Source: Podarcis melisellensis
Lineage: Eukaryota
DNA: 64,000 nucleotides
NCBI GenBank assembly: GCA_964234715.1
Contig: OZ174280.1
Reading direction: 5' to 3' (one strand)
Under the pieces are notes generated by a model. The model saw only the letters and a list, made by a program, of their open reading frames with translations. It did not search any database and was not told the DNA's origin. The position numbers and the translations under genes were made by a program. Of the stretch, positions 24,949-38,568 are shown piece after piece; the stretch's first letter is position 1, and each line of letters begins with the position of its first letter.

Positions 24949-26359
24949 CAAAATTCTAAGCTTCCATTGTGTCCAAAGAACTTCTGAACTGCTATGTCTC
25001 ACTCAAAGTGTTTCTGACTGCTGCTACATAGGAACGAGTCTGAGGAAGGGCCATCTGCAGCCTGTATTAACAGGAGAAACACATTTTCAAGCAGCAGTTG
25101 ATTGGCATCATAAATAGGTAGCAATAGTTTGCAAAAGGCAAAGTTTCAGCAACTGCCTTTGCTCACGATGGGGCTTCCTCCACTGGTATAGCACTTAAGC
25201 CTTCCTAAAGGCAATCAAATGAAATTTGTCATGGTGGGGATGTCTGAATTGCACCCAAACCTGCTCACCTTGTACAAGCAATCTCTGCTCAGGCATTTAG
25301 GACAGAGCTATATTTCTCCCATATCTGTTTCAGAATAGGCAGTGCTGAGGCAGCTCATTTTTGATTTCCCAGTCTGGGAACAATGAGCTTTCTCTGGTCC
25401 TGTGGACCACCACTAAGCCAAATGAATATATATAAACCACATATAACTAGTAGGCTTTATTTTTAAAGTTGATTTGTCCCTGCTTTTTTTCTTGAGAGGG
25501 TAGGGAGGGGAGAGAAGACCTGATGGGAAGATGCAAGGACTTGTTACCTCCTCTGGAGCGAGGCACATTTTGCAAAACTCTGTGACTTCGTCCTCAAAAA
25601 GCTTAAAAAGAAATGAACTATCTTTGCCCAAAGATTCCCAGCTGCACAAGGTGATATTCAAGTTGTGTCTATGATTGTGTGTCGATGTATATTCTATAAA
25701 AAGGTACTTGTCATTCCCGTTTGTAAACTACATTGACATTAATTAAATGAGTATAAAATCTTCCAAGTTTGCCTCCTGCCCTCTGCTTGCTTCCTGGTTT
25801 CATCCCTGGTTTGTCAATTGCATAAACATATGATTCCGCTCCTGCTGCCCTCAAAACATGGTAGCTGTTAAGTCACATTCATCCAGGACCCACTGAATTA
25901 TCCACCTGCTCCAATGCCTCATGGCGGGGGCAAGGAATCTTTTTTCATCCCAAGGGTTATATTCCTTCATGGGCTTCCTTCCAAGGGGCTGCATGCCAGT
26001 AGTGTTTCATGTTTTGACTTTTCCTTAAAATATTCTCAAACCATTTGTGCAAATATGCAAGGAGGCTCTAATGAGCCCTGTCAACAGAAGCCCTGTGCAA
26101 AGACTTCTGGTTGCCCAATGGGGCTTCCCTCCTACCTCACAGTTGGCTTTGGGGAAGATTAGGAGAACCCTTAGAGTGGCACGAGGCGAGTGGGATCATT
26201 CCATATGGCAGGCAAACTGAAACGTTTGCGCAGAAATGATCAAGAGGCTGGAACAGTGCCCTTAAAAAGGGAAAGTCAAAGTTTGGAGCTCCTAATAAAA
26301 AAGGTTTGGGAACCTAATAGACAGGAAAAAAGTACTCATGATGTGTAGAGCGTGCTCCT

Positions 26360-26462
26360 CTATCTCAAATCTAGAGTCCAAGGTCATCAAGCAAATCTGA
26401 ATGTTGGGAGATTCAGGACAGACAAAGTATACTTCTTCACCTAGCGTGCAGTTAAGCTGTCA
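26360..26462 (+). mobile_element. CR1 LINE ORF2 C-terminal fragment
   Basis: ggtcatc...gggagattcaggacagacaaa...tacttcttcac resembles the GH...RFRTDKRKYFFT CR1 motif. Confidence 0.55.
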
Positions 26463-26644
26463 CTAACTTTAAAGAGAGGATAAAGCTAGTACAAAAAAGC
26501 CAGAGCTGCTTGTTTTTCAAACCTGGTTTCTAAATATTAAAATGTTTAGCATAACTCGTTATTTTAAGTTACAGAATAAATAAAACAAGGAATGGAGAAA
26601 CTGTTGCAGCCACCACATTTGTGAAAACTATATACATAATCCCA

Positions 26645-26795
26645 TAAATCATGTAGCTAAATGTTGAGTTGGAAGGCATCTCCTGAGGTCATCTAGTCCT
26701 GCCACCTCTTCAATGCAAGGTCTATATAGTGGAGAATGAAATGCCTTCCTAGATAACAGCTAATTTAGCCTCTGCTTAGACCCCTCCAGCAAGAG
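26645..26795 (-). mobile_element. CR1 3' end fragment
   Basis: gagttggaagg...gaggtcatctagtcc...cctctgcttagacccctcc, similar to 29555-29705 and the reverse complement of the SINE tail at 38640-38696. Confidence 0.55.
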
Positions 26796-27029
26796 TCATG
26801 CCTAAGAATGTGCAAAACCCCATTGCCCATTTCCCTGAAGTTTTGGGCTGTAACTTATTTGTAGCTTGCTGACAACCAATACTGTAGTATCTGTACACAG
26901 ATCAGCCAGATCTACTTATAGCATGGAATCTAATTAGTAAGACTAGGTAAAGGCCCATGGAATTTCACAGGGCTCCAGCTCTTTACCTTCTCATTCTCCT
27001 ACTCATATCCCAAACTTCAAACCCTAATT

Positions 27030-27165
27030 CAGGCTTCCTCAACCTCGGCCCACCAGATGTTTTTGGCCTACAGCTCCCATGATCCCTAGCTAGCAGGACC
27101 AGTGGTCAGGGATGATGGGAATTGTAGTCCCAAAACATCTGGAGGGTCGAGGTTGAGGAAGCCTG
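27030..27165. mobile_element. Young 136-bp palindromic hAT MITE
   Basis: TIR CAGGCTTCCTCAACCTCG / CGAGGTTGAGGAAGCCTG; perfect 8-bp TSD ccctaatt at 27022-27029 and 27166-27173. Confidence 0.93.
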
Positions 27166-29554
27166 CCCTAATTACTAGCAAAATCCTACATCTTGCCAAA
27201 CAGAGGGTAGGGGCCAGATCAGGAGAAACAAACATGTTCATCCCCCTTGTTCTGCTTGCAGCAAGGGTCTCAGAAAGGATCTCACCAAGGAGAAGAGGTA
27301 CTGAAGGAACAGCATGAGGCAGAGAATCAGCAAGAATAGGATATGAGCAAGTTGTCCAAATAAATAGCTGCTTTCCCCAATTGAGGGCATTTGTAGGAGC
27401 ATATAATAAACTATGCATCCCTTCATTCACTGCCTTGAGAATGGAGCCACCCATTACCCTGCATTGCATGGTCCCCAAGCCACATCTGCACAGATAATGA
27501 AAACGTGGGGGCAGAGGGGCACTTGTAGATAAGAAAGAGTGGTTGGGTGAGTCTTGAACCCTATCTGTGCCCAGAAACTTTCCTGTATAAACCTCCCCCT
27601 CAGGAGGGTCTGAGTGTACCTAGGCAAAAATGAATAAAGCATGCCATGAGGTATTTGCAAGGGAGTATTAGACACAAAAAGGGTAAAGCACCCTCCCTGT
27701 CTGCTGAGTCTCCTCTTGCACATGCTGCCCTCAACATTATAATGCAAAGTCAGGGCTGGGAAACTCCATGATTATTTTTTTTTAAGTTATTTACTTAATT
27801 TATATAGTTGCTCGCCAATAAATATTCTCTGGGCAGCTTGCAAATACAATATATCATGCTAAATACAATAAAAGCAAAAAAAAACTTGTTACACCAGCCC
27901 AGATTTAAAACACAATTAAAAAGTCTAGGTGAATAAAAAGGTCATGGAACATGAAGGTGGTCCTAGACTTATGGAATTCACCTGTCCCCCTCCTCCCCCC
28001 CCTGGTTTTAGTACCTGATGCAAATTGAGCTGCAGAGATGGAGAGGGTGGCTTGTTAATAGCATGTTGAGTTTATAATGGGCTATTTTAGTGCTAGATAC
28101 TTTTTAGATTACAGTATTTTGAATGATGCTTGCTTTAAATGTTTTAAAATTGGTGGTTTTGTGAATATTTTTTCCTTTAAAAAAACAGTTATAAATTTAT
28201 ATGAACTTAAACTATAGTTTAGTTCTCTCAAACACACACACATTTGCAACATTCTTAGAGTTCAGGGTTATGAGAATATACCTATAAAATGAAGGCTCTC
28301 AACAAATACCATAAAAAAGCATTAGCTGAATAATTGAGAATTGACAAAAGTTTAGGGTTAGAGAAATGTGGTTTGAAAGAGAATTAAGAATCTAGTTTAA
28401 CAAAAATACAAGATTGGTTTCGGGGGGAGGGGGTGTCCAAATTCCATGCCAGCTAGTGTTTGTTTTAAACACAATACCATTATGCATTTTTTTCTGGGGC
28501 AGATGGGTTGACACTTGGAACGCTCTCAGAAAACCCACATAAATGCTACACAAATCTTCTGATGCTATAAGAAATTGAAGCTAGACTGCAATCCCCAACT
28601 GGCTACTGGAGTTCCTGCCTTACAAAAGATAAAGCATTCCTGTGCTAAGCTGCTGCTTTTCATTCAAGCAGGTAGTGGGAAATCTCTGGCCCTTGGGTCC
28701 TTAGGCCATTCCCCTCAGTGGTCTTACTCTACACCCTCTTCAGGTGCTTGTGCCTGACTGAAATGCCTCTGGCAGAACAATGGGCAATACCTCTTCTGGG
28801 AGACACCTTGAGATGCTAACAAGCAGATGTAGGATGATGAGGCTGTCTCCCATTTAGGGGTGTCTCAGCCCATTTCACCACCTGAGGCAAAATGGGAAGA
28901 TGCTGCCCTGTGTGTGCACGCTGCCCACCACCCCTGTTGAGGCTTCACTATCCATGGTTATGCAGCTATGCCTTCCGGGTTCCAGCAAGATCTCTCAGGC
29001 TCTCACAAGATCTCACCAGAAACTGCCACAGCCACTTCTCCAGCAGAAGCAGGGGGGGGACGGGGGACAACAGAGGCACCCCTTGGATTCCACTGCCTGA
29101 GGCAGCTGCCTCAGTCTGCCTCATGGAAGAGCCAGCCCTGCTCCCATTGTTTGTCCCCCATACAGTAATTGAAGCACACCAGCTGCAACTAAGGTCCTGT
29201 AAGGCAGTGTTTCCCAACCTTTTTCCAACCGTAGCCCCCTACCAACTTTGTTTCCTTCCTGTGCCCCCGCCCCAGGCATAGTAACCATGGAAGGCAAGGG
29301 GCATGTGCCCCCCCAAATAAGTAAAAATCAATATAAATCTGAGGTTCTGCCTCCCCTAACAAAAGCCTGCCCCCTAACAAAAATCCTGGCTATGCCCATG
29401 CCCTTCTGTTGTACCAGTAGAAAGGTAGCTATTTCAATGTTTTGTTTGTAACTAGAACATGTTTTATTTATATTTTGTATAATTTATACAAAATACAATT
29501 ACATAAAATGATAGGAACATAATGAAATATTGTTGAAGCAGAAAAACAGAGACT

Positions 29555-29705
29555 AATAGAGCTGGAAGGGCCCCCAAGGGTCATGTTTCTAGCCCAACCT
29601 CCTGCAATGTAGGAAACTCAGCTAAAGCATCCATGACAGATGGCCAGCCAACCTCTGCTTAGAAACCTCCAAGGAAGGAGAGTCCAGAACCTACCGAGGC
29701 AGATC
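29555..29705 (-). mobile_element. CR1 3' end fragment
   Basis: agagctggaagggcccccaagggtcat...acagatggccagccaacctctgcttagaaacctccaaggaaggagagtcc, a typical squamate CR1 3' terminus in reverse. Confidence 0.65.
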
Positions 29706-32700
29706 CATGCATTATAAAAAGTAAACAACACTTATTTGACATAGAGGAGGAAACCTACATATACAGTCCAAAGGCGCACAGGGAGTTCTGTATATATGGG
29801 AGGATTTTAAAAAGCAAGTTGTCTTCACTGACCTGGTGCAAAAAGATCTTGTCATGCGGAGGAGCCCCGGCTGCCTAGATAAAACACTATAGTCTCACAC
29901 ACCCTTACCTGGGAGTAAGGCCCACTGAACACAGTGTGGCTTTATCTGAGTAGATAATTATTTACAAGATGCAAATCAGCAGCACCATCCAACTCCGCTT
30001 GGTTAAGTGCTGGGGTGGATTTCACCCTACACCTTGCAAAGCCAGGCTGATGCTGCTGACAGGCCCTGCACCCCTCCGCAACATCCAAACACCTTGATCC
30101 ACTAGGCGCTGAGGTGGATTGCACCCTGCGCCTTGCAGAGTCAGGCCCGGGCTGCCACCTGGCTCAGCACTGGCAGCAGCATCAAAGCTAACAGCAAATG
30201 CCAAACAACCTACTCAGAGGAGTTTAGAATCCAAAGGAGTTTCCAGGACACCAGTTCTTATCTTGCCTCTCCAATGTGACAACATTTCAGAAACCAGAGG
30301 CACAATCTGAAATTCAGAGCTACTTCTCAAATCCCAGGCACCATCAAGAGCAATAACAAGCTAAGCAGATCAAGGTCGGGCAGCAGCAGTTGATTCCTGA
30401 AATGTGACTGTTTTAATATCTGTCCTGGGCTTTGTTGCTCCCTAGAGCCAAAGGGGTGGGAGAGGAGGATTTTCCAGTTTATGGGGCAGAGCGAGAAAAA
30501 TCTTAGTATTGACTATCCGTAAAGCGTTTATGACTTCACATTGCACACACTGGATTGTGAGTGAGTTTGGAAAGTGCAATAACTGCCTCATCTAGCCCTC
30601 CTTGTTTGGAACCGCTTGTCCAGCAAATGGTCAGCTGCCCTTGGGGCAAACAAAGCCCCATCCCAGGTGAACTCACCCTCTTGTTTATTTTCCTATCACC
30701 CAGTAACCAGAGTGATGCACTCCTAACAGTACAAACCTTTACAAACCAGTGCAAACAGAGTAGGATACAGGTTCTCCAAACTGGGGAGAAATAAAGGTTT
30801 GAGTAGGAATTCAGCCAAACCAAAATATTGAGTGGATTTCACCATGGTACTAAGGCTGTGTCTGTACAGCACATGCCTGTGCTTCTAGTTTGGCAACTCA
30901 GGAAGAAAAAAATCACTCTTCTTACCTTAGAAAGTCCTCCTTTCAACAGCATGAAGCCATGGAAGCAGCAAAGTCTTTTCTGGGCCATCACCAACCATAT
31001 AGGGAGACGGGTGAGCAGATGCAATAGAGAACAAGGCTCCTGTTAACTTTTAACAGCTGCACTGAAGAGGGTTGATCCAGCATGTGACCTCTGGGGAGTG
31101 GATGAGCTGCACAAGTTTATTCAATCCCTCAAATTACCACAGTGAGGCTGCACCTTGATAGTGAAAGCATGTCAGGTGTGCAATTTTACTGGCAAGCTAA
31201 GGTGAACTCATCACTTTACTTACTCCAATTCTGTGTAGATCATTAGTGCATAACATGGGTCTAAATTCTCACACAAAACTCCTTATTCTCTCAGTGAAAG
31301 GCAGTTTTCAGATTCTTCTTAGGGTCTCCATTAGTAAATCAGCACTAGACTCATCATGCATCTGCGAGGAGTAAACAGGACTATCAGTTCCAACCATGGC
31401 TTGAACCTTTGTACCCCTTCTTTTAGTGCTAAGCTTTCACTTCAAGTAATTATTTGTACATTTGTGAACATTAACAGTCTTAATTTAATGTTCACATTAA
31501 CAGTCATAATTTAAATCACCCTACCAAAAGGTGTAGCTAAAAATAAGACCAGGGAAGTATTTGGGTTTGTCTTATTCTATTTTTGAGGTCTGAGTAGTTA
31601 ATATCCTGCTGTGCTCACCAGCTGGGTCACTGGCACCAAACAGCTTCTTTATATCAAATTAGGAATACCCCCAAAATATATCAGAAACACCTGCTCTCTC
31701 TCTTAAACTCTGAGAATTTTTAAGGAAGTGGGCAGATATTAGATCTTGGGAATAAACCTCCATCAAGCCAAGTCTGGCTCCATGGTGCCCCATAAGAAGG
31801 CCTGAGAGACAGGCCAAGGGACTGCTGCTCCTTCCAGAATCCTTCAGCCACATGCCTACCTCGTCGTCCAGCCTCCCCGGCACATAGTTCCCTGCTGATA
31901 TATGTTCCCTTAAGCCCTTGTGATTGCGGGTTGGGGAGTTTATTTTCAAGATCTAATTCCACACAATAAAAACTGTATCGGGTCATAAAGAAAGCAGCTC
32001 TCTCATTCCCATTCATATGCTCAGTATCAATAGGTAGTTAGCTCCCTGGAGCTGCTGCTCCATTATGCTCAGGCACAGTCCCTCTGAGCCAGGGTCATTT
32101 GAACAGGTACAGTCTTTATAGCCCCTGCTGCCAACAAAACCACAAAGTTGTATTCATGCTCACCCCATGTTTGAAAGAGAAGAGGTTATTTTAATGTTGC
32201 AATCCCCCTCAACAGACCCCTACTACCAGATTCCCCATTATCATCAAGATTTTGTCAGAACATACTCCTATAGACCACAATTGTTATTTCAGATCACCAT
32301 GCTGCATTCTGAAAAATATCAGGCTGGTGTATGGGGGGAGGAGGAGCAGAGAGTATTCCAGGAGTTAACATTCACCTCCTGACTCCTCCAGAGTTGCAGA
32401 AAGGTTGACCAGAGAAAACAGATCCATGCAGATGAAAGCAGATCACACACAGAAAGGCTCAGAATATGGGAGGACCACCTTACCATCCATCAAAGTCGGG
32501 CTAGCTCATGTTGCTCAACATCAAATATCCCAGGGCCTCCCGTGCTTCTATGCACTGTACCACAGGGCAAATGCAGAGTGGTGGAAGTGTTAGTGAGTCT
32601 TGTGTGTGGATCAATGCTGACATCTGCTGGTAAGAACAGTCTTTCAAAGCAAGAGAAATTGCAGTCAGCAAAAGAGACTACATCAGGGTGGTTCAACCTC

Positions 32701-32774
32701 TCAGACCAAGGGGGTACTTCGACACAGAACTCACAGGCCACTGAACTTAAATTTTCATATTGCAAATTAAAATA

Positions 32775-33005
32775 CAGTGGTACCTTGGGTTACAAACACC
32801 TCGGGTTACAAACACTTCAGGTTACAGACTCTGCTAACCTGGAAGTAGTACCTCGGGTTAAAAACTTTGCCCCAGGATAAGAACAGAAATTGTGCGGCGG
32901 CAGCACAAGGCCCCATTAGCTAAAGTGGTACCTCAGGTTAAGAACGGTTTCAGGTTAAGAACGGACCTCCAGAACGAAATAAGTTCATAACCAGAGGTAC
33001 CACTG
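32775..33005 (+). mobile_element. Tc1/mariner (Tigger/pogo-like) MITE, full length
   Basis: TA-CAGTGGTACCT ... AGGTACCACTG-TA; same family as 9653, 40856 and 41981. Confidence 0.92.
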
Positions 33006-33220
33006 TATGTGCAATATACTTAATATTATTTAATATACACAGTAGATTTAATGTATTTATTTATTAAACAAAATGAAATGCAAAAATTATTTTAGAAGGC
33101 TATGCACAGCCTCCCCACCCTCTCCTCCTCACAGGCCCACTGGTGCCACTGCAGAACAAGCAACCATTACAGGAAGGCTGTGAGGAAGGAACCAGCAGCA
33201 GGGCGGCTGCCACCATCGTT

Positions 33221-33224
<4 letters not shown>

Positions 33225-33292
<68 letters not shown>

Positions 33293-33300
33293 GCACACAC
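33225..33300. repeat. Compound (TC)n(AC)n microsatellite
   Basis: Directly visible. Confidence 0.95.
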
Positions 33301-33450
33301 CACCCGACAAGGGCGCTGCAGGACAGCACAACCTGCAGCCCCCACTCTTCCCTCATCTGCCCATCTCAAGCCCCCATGATCCGCAACAAGCATAGGTAGG
33401 AATGACAGACCAACATTTGGAGGGCTACAAATTCCCCATTCCTATTGAAC

Positions 33451-33531
33451 TTGTGCACATTTACTCGGGAGTTTGTCCCATTTATTCCAATGGGTCTTAC
33501 TCCGGAGTAAGTGTGCCTGGGATTACAGCCT
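33451..33531. repeat. Short palindromic interspersed repeat (MITE-like); related copies near 29872-29965, 51881-51965 and 58315-58410
   Basis: Shared motif tac...gagtaag..cc.ctga...caatgg..cttactcc..ggtaagtg...gattgcagc. Confidence 0.55.
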
Positions 33532-33897
33532 ATGTGCCCTTAACAAAAGCTTCAGTTGTGGTATGCTAATATCCAGAAGCAGCACAACAGCTGACTTGCC
33601 TGTCTTTTCTTTTTTTAGCCACTCTGGCAACTGCTCCTGTGCCCCCAAAGAGACACAGTAGCTATGTTTAGGCAGGTACAGTGCAACAAGGACACCTGAA
33701 ATGGAAAGGAGTGAGCAGACTGGAGTCCAAGCAGCAGAAGGGTGAAGAGATCAGGTGGCCCGGGGCATCCACTGCCCTGCTCCCCAGCCCAAAGGCAGAG
33801 GTGGTAGGAGTCCAGCAACATCTACAAGGTCCCATGTTTCCCATCTCTGCCTTAGACACAAAATCATCAGGCATTACCATGCAATAGGTACAGAGAG

Positions 33898-34070
33898 TAG
33901 GGGTGCCAACCTGAATAAAATATGGGGGGGCAGGTAACCCCACCCCACATAATTGGTCACAAGACACACACTCCATTTGAATGGCAATGCCCACCAACTC
34001 TGTTGGGCCCGGCCCCCTCAAATATTTTAGGAGGGGCAAAGGGACCTGCCCCTAGGAGTTGGCTCCTATG
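33898..34070. mobile_element. hAT-like non-autonomous element
   Basis: Imperfect TIR TAGGGGTGCCAAC / GTTGGCTCCTATG; degenerate 8-bp TSD acagagag / acaggaag. Confidence 0.55.
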
Positions 34071-37000
34071 ACAGGAAGCATTTCATTTGTATTCATCAAT
34101 AGCAGTAAGACATAGGCTGGTCAAATTTCTTTTTCTGGTACAGTTCTTGTATCCTTAAGAGCTGGATAACAAGCAGCAAGATGCTTCCCTCCACTACTGA
34201 ATCCACACACCAGGAAAAGCTTGACCTGATGAATGTCTGCTTATCATACAGCAACTGAAAGCTTAAGTCCTGCCAGAAAAGAGGTAGCAACTCTTGAAAG
34301 ATGACAAAAGCTGTTGTGGTAGGACATATTAGAACCTCACTGACTTTTCAGGTTAATATTAAATTATAAACATTCATTTAAAAGCCAGGCTTAATCTTTG
34401 CAAGTCTAAGATGTTTTCAGTGCTCCCATGGTCATCCTAATATCAAAGCTTCAATAAAGACATCAGATAAGTGGGCATATTTGTATGGTTTTAAGATGGT
34501 TGTTAACTGCCCTGGGCTCCAATAGGAGGAAGTGTGGGTATTAGTATAATTAAGAAATAAACAAGTGTCAAATATAATGCATGCCTAGGGCAGATGAAGC
34601 AAGTGTCTCGTTTAACTCCTGGATTTTAACATGAGGGATAATCGGAGGCAAAATTCCTTGAAATTATAGAGAAAGATAATGGCAACAAGTTTAAATTAAG
34701 AAATACTTTATGAAGAGCTATGAGTCATCATGCAAGGCAAAGAGATGGCTCAGAATTAACTGTGAGTCCATAGGATCTTAAGGGAAGGCAAGCTGGCGGG
34801 GGGAGCTGAGCAAAGTCCCTTTAACTGAACAGATGACAACCATCCTCAAAGAATTCTCTAGTGGCCCTTTGCCCACAGTTGCAGGCAAATTCTAAAGAAA
34901 ATGAATGCATATTGAGAATCAGAGTCACTGAAAGATGAGGAGGGATGACTTTAAAAATTATGTTCAACTCCAAAATATTTCTGACAATGAGAAGCACTTG
35001 AAAGGCAAGAAGAGATGACAGAAACTGCTACCCTTTGCATCTCGCAGCTCAGTAAGCAAACAGTGAGAGTGATTACAAATGTAGCAGTTTTTGTGCATTT
35101 GTCCACTAATAGAACTATTTTCTCAAAAATTACTGTTGTTTTTTGCCAATATGTTGAAGTTTAAGAATGCTGAACAACTGTCAAATTGCTAGGGATTTTA
35201 TACCGTCACAATATTATTATCTTACTTACGCTGCATTGTAAAATATCAACAGTTAAAACTTCAAACCAAACTCAACAAGAGAGTTGTTCATACTATAGCG
35301 TTGAAAACCACATCTATCAATGATGGGCTTTTGATGCTTTTCATATTTCCAGTTCCGGATACCCACCACTTTTTTCCTACTTCTTCAATCTATTCTGCAT
35401 GTAACCTCCTTGTAACTTTGCATTAATTAGAATTCCTAGTGGAGAAATAAACACCACCACCACTTTGGTCTCCAGTTCAGCTGGGCGCATACAGATAATG
35501 CTCCAAAAGGGGATGTGCATTTCCATGCACATCAAAAGACTCATCTGGTCAATTAAACGGTGATCAGATAAGCACTGAACGTGCCTCCGCACCAACTGTG
35601 GTTATAGAAGCCTGATTCTCCATGTGCATTGCCTTTGCCCAACTGGGGCATATACCTCTCAAAACTATTCACATCCACACTCATTCTTCTTTTCTAGAGA
35701 TCAGCCCATGCCTGTTCCCTCATCCTTTCAAACCTTTATAGCACAGCCTTTCCTCTCAATTTCTCCTATTTTCATCACCTTCCTAAAGTCCTAGAATAGC
35801 CATAATTCCCTTTGGTCGCAGCAATACTAGACTATTATGTTGTATGTCACACATTCACACATGAAGCCAATCTGAGGGCAGTCAGCTGATTGAGTTAAGA
35901 ATAAATATTTGTTGAGTTTTCTGACAACTCCTTTTAGAGAATTGACACCTCCAGGACTAAAGCTATCAGTCTCTAAATGCTGAGAAAGAACAGAAAGGGA
36001 CCAGATTAATAACCACAATTCAATTTCTTGATGATAGTTCACACATCTTCTTGAGTTGTGTTGAAAAGAGGAGGAACCCCTTTCTGAAGCACAAGATGTT
36101 ATTGCTGTAAGAGATGGACAAGCAGCTAAACTCTGAAACTAGCCAGCACAGGCATTGCCCATATTCCTATTTCACCCTTTGCTAGTGCTGCCTGAAACCA
36201 CCTGCTTAGTCTTTAATGGTTCCCTGATCCCAGCTGAGAGCTGAGAAACCGATTAAGATTGACTGGTATGTGCCTGTCCCGGCTGTCCTTTGACACTGTC
36301 GATACAGCCCGGGGAGGTCAAAGGTTAACGTCACACTTAGTGCAGTGAAGGAGGGTGTCAGGTTTGTTAAACACTCTGGTAATGAAGTCAGGGCAGCTGC
36401 ATTATTTTGTCATTTCCCTGGCCTGAGAGATGGAGACCCAGGCACAGCCCAAACAGATCTATAAGGGCTTACATTAGAAGAACACAGGCTCAGGTGTAGA
36501 GTTACATGGGCCCCTGTACCAAGTCAAAGAAAGGCTGGGAATCAGGGGCTGGAGGTCAACAGCTCTGCTGACTTGGAAGATGGAGGTGGCGCCATTACTG
36601 CAAGTGTGCAAACATCATACAGACAGGTCGATCCAAGACACACATACACAGGCACCCAACCACCTTTCTGTGGGTCTGCTTTGGGGGAAAGGAAATTCCT
36701 AGCGTCAATTCTTGCCTCGGATTACCCACATGAGAAGCAAATTACTGCCTCCTTAGCCTCAGCCAATATCCAGTTGTAGTGCCACTTCTGCCAGAGGCAC
36801 TCTCCAACATTTTGTGTCCTGGAATTTTTGTGTGTTTCACAATAATGAGGAAGACAATTGGTGGGACAGACACTCCCACACACACAAAGACAGCAGAGGA
36901 CTGGTTGTGAAGAACAGCCATGATTTCATTTGTTCCAGGGCTAAGCCCCGGCATTAAACAGGATGGGGACAGGAGTTCAAAGCTAGTCCTGAGGAATTGA

Positions 37001-37735
37001 AGCCAAGTAGCAAACTAGCATCAGTATTCTTCATTATAATTCAAAAACCAAAGCAACAATAACAAGAAAGATGAGGGAAGTTATAAGGGAAGAAAAAAAA
37101 AGAGATCATAAACACGACAGATGAATTTAACATCTTGGGCTGCCACTGTCTCCCAAGGTGGCTTTAGACAAATCATCCCACTCCACAAAGATAATAGAGT
37201 TCAAATGAGGGCAAAGAGATCCACTCTACATTTCTGGTCACTACCTGGATGCATGTAAATGGAGGTGCTGAAATAAATAATTAACTACTTCCTGCCCAGC
37301 CTGATAGAGCATTCATGGGATGGGAGGAGGGACATAAATCTCACAGATTGAGCAGCTAATATTTTATTTAAAATATCTTCAAAAAGAGAGAGATGATCTA
37401 TTGAATGTATTGAGAAAATGCTAATGCATAATAGCACGTGTCAGGAGGCTCGTCCATCACTCTCTGCCGCCATTCGGGAGATCCATATCTAATTAACGGT
37501 AATGAATGAGGGAGCCACGCTGAGGACAAGCCACCAGTTTGTTATGGAAATCAGGCAAAACAATTAATTAAACAAACCGTCCTTGCCATGGCAGTCCAGC
37601 CTCTGGGTCCTGACTTCTGTGCTGTTCTATCTACCAGCAAATGGGAGGGCAAGGGGAGGAGAGAGCTACACTCTTAGCTGACTGGGGTTTAGGGTACCCC
37701 ACTTGGAACTAGAAGAATGCATGTTCAAATCCCAC

Positions 37736-37737
<2 letters not shown>

Positions 37738-37766
<29 letters not shown>
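37738..37766. repeat. (AC)n microsatellite
   Basis: Directly visible. Confidence 0.95.
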
Positions 37767-38568
37767 ACCACCAGCTCATTGGCTTCTGGTCAACTACTTC
37801 AGGCACAGTGACTCACTAACCACAGTTCATGGGCATGGGCAGAGTGACCCTGGCCATGGCTACCAACTAAAGTGCTTCACACTCAATGTAAATCCTGTTT
37901 CTAGGGGGAGAATGGCACCTATGTCCTTATACTATAACAATTATGGTCCTGTTCACTCATTATAATCCACAATGCAAAACAAAATCTAAAGTGCATTAGC
38001 TCTAGACTGAAACATCCATGTATTTGTGGTAGAAGCAAACAGGGTGTGGAGACAGCAATCAGGCACTCGTCCATCATGCCTAGATCCAAGTCTAGCCTAG
38101 TGCTGCTGCTAGGCCATGTCAAACCCTTTGAACAGTCATGTTCAAACAGTATATTATAGCAGTTTTGAAGCACACAATTAACATTTTTCTTCTCTGCTGT
38201 AATTCCATGTTTTTCAACTGTTTCTAAATTGCTGTTTTGTTAGAGCAAAGCCCTCTCCCAAACAGTCTGTCAACCCTGATTAAACAACAACAAATCTGAG
38301 CATTTACAAATTCACATTTTAAATCCACTTAAATCACAGCACTATCATAACTACAGAAATACAATGCAGTTTGCTTCTGCTTACCTGATGATAAACACAT
38401 TTACTTGGGAATAACTATTCATTTCGTTGTAGAAAAAGGTTGTGTCTTTTTAATGTAAAAATAATAAAATGAACACCTGGAACCATGTATATGACTGCTG
38501 AGCTGCTTCCTGACTACAACATATATTTCAAAGTAAGAAGAAAGGAAGGATGCTATAGTGTCCAGTAT

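Noticed and set aside
33102-33395. SLSL/THTH repeat protein
   Set aside because: Translation of a (TC)n(AC)n microsatellite.
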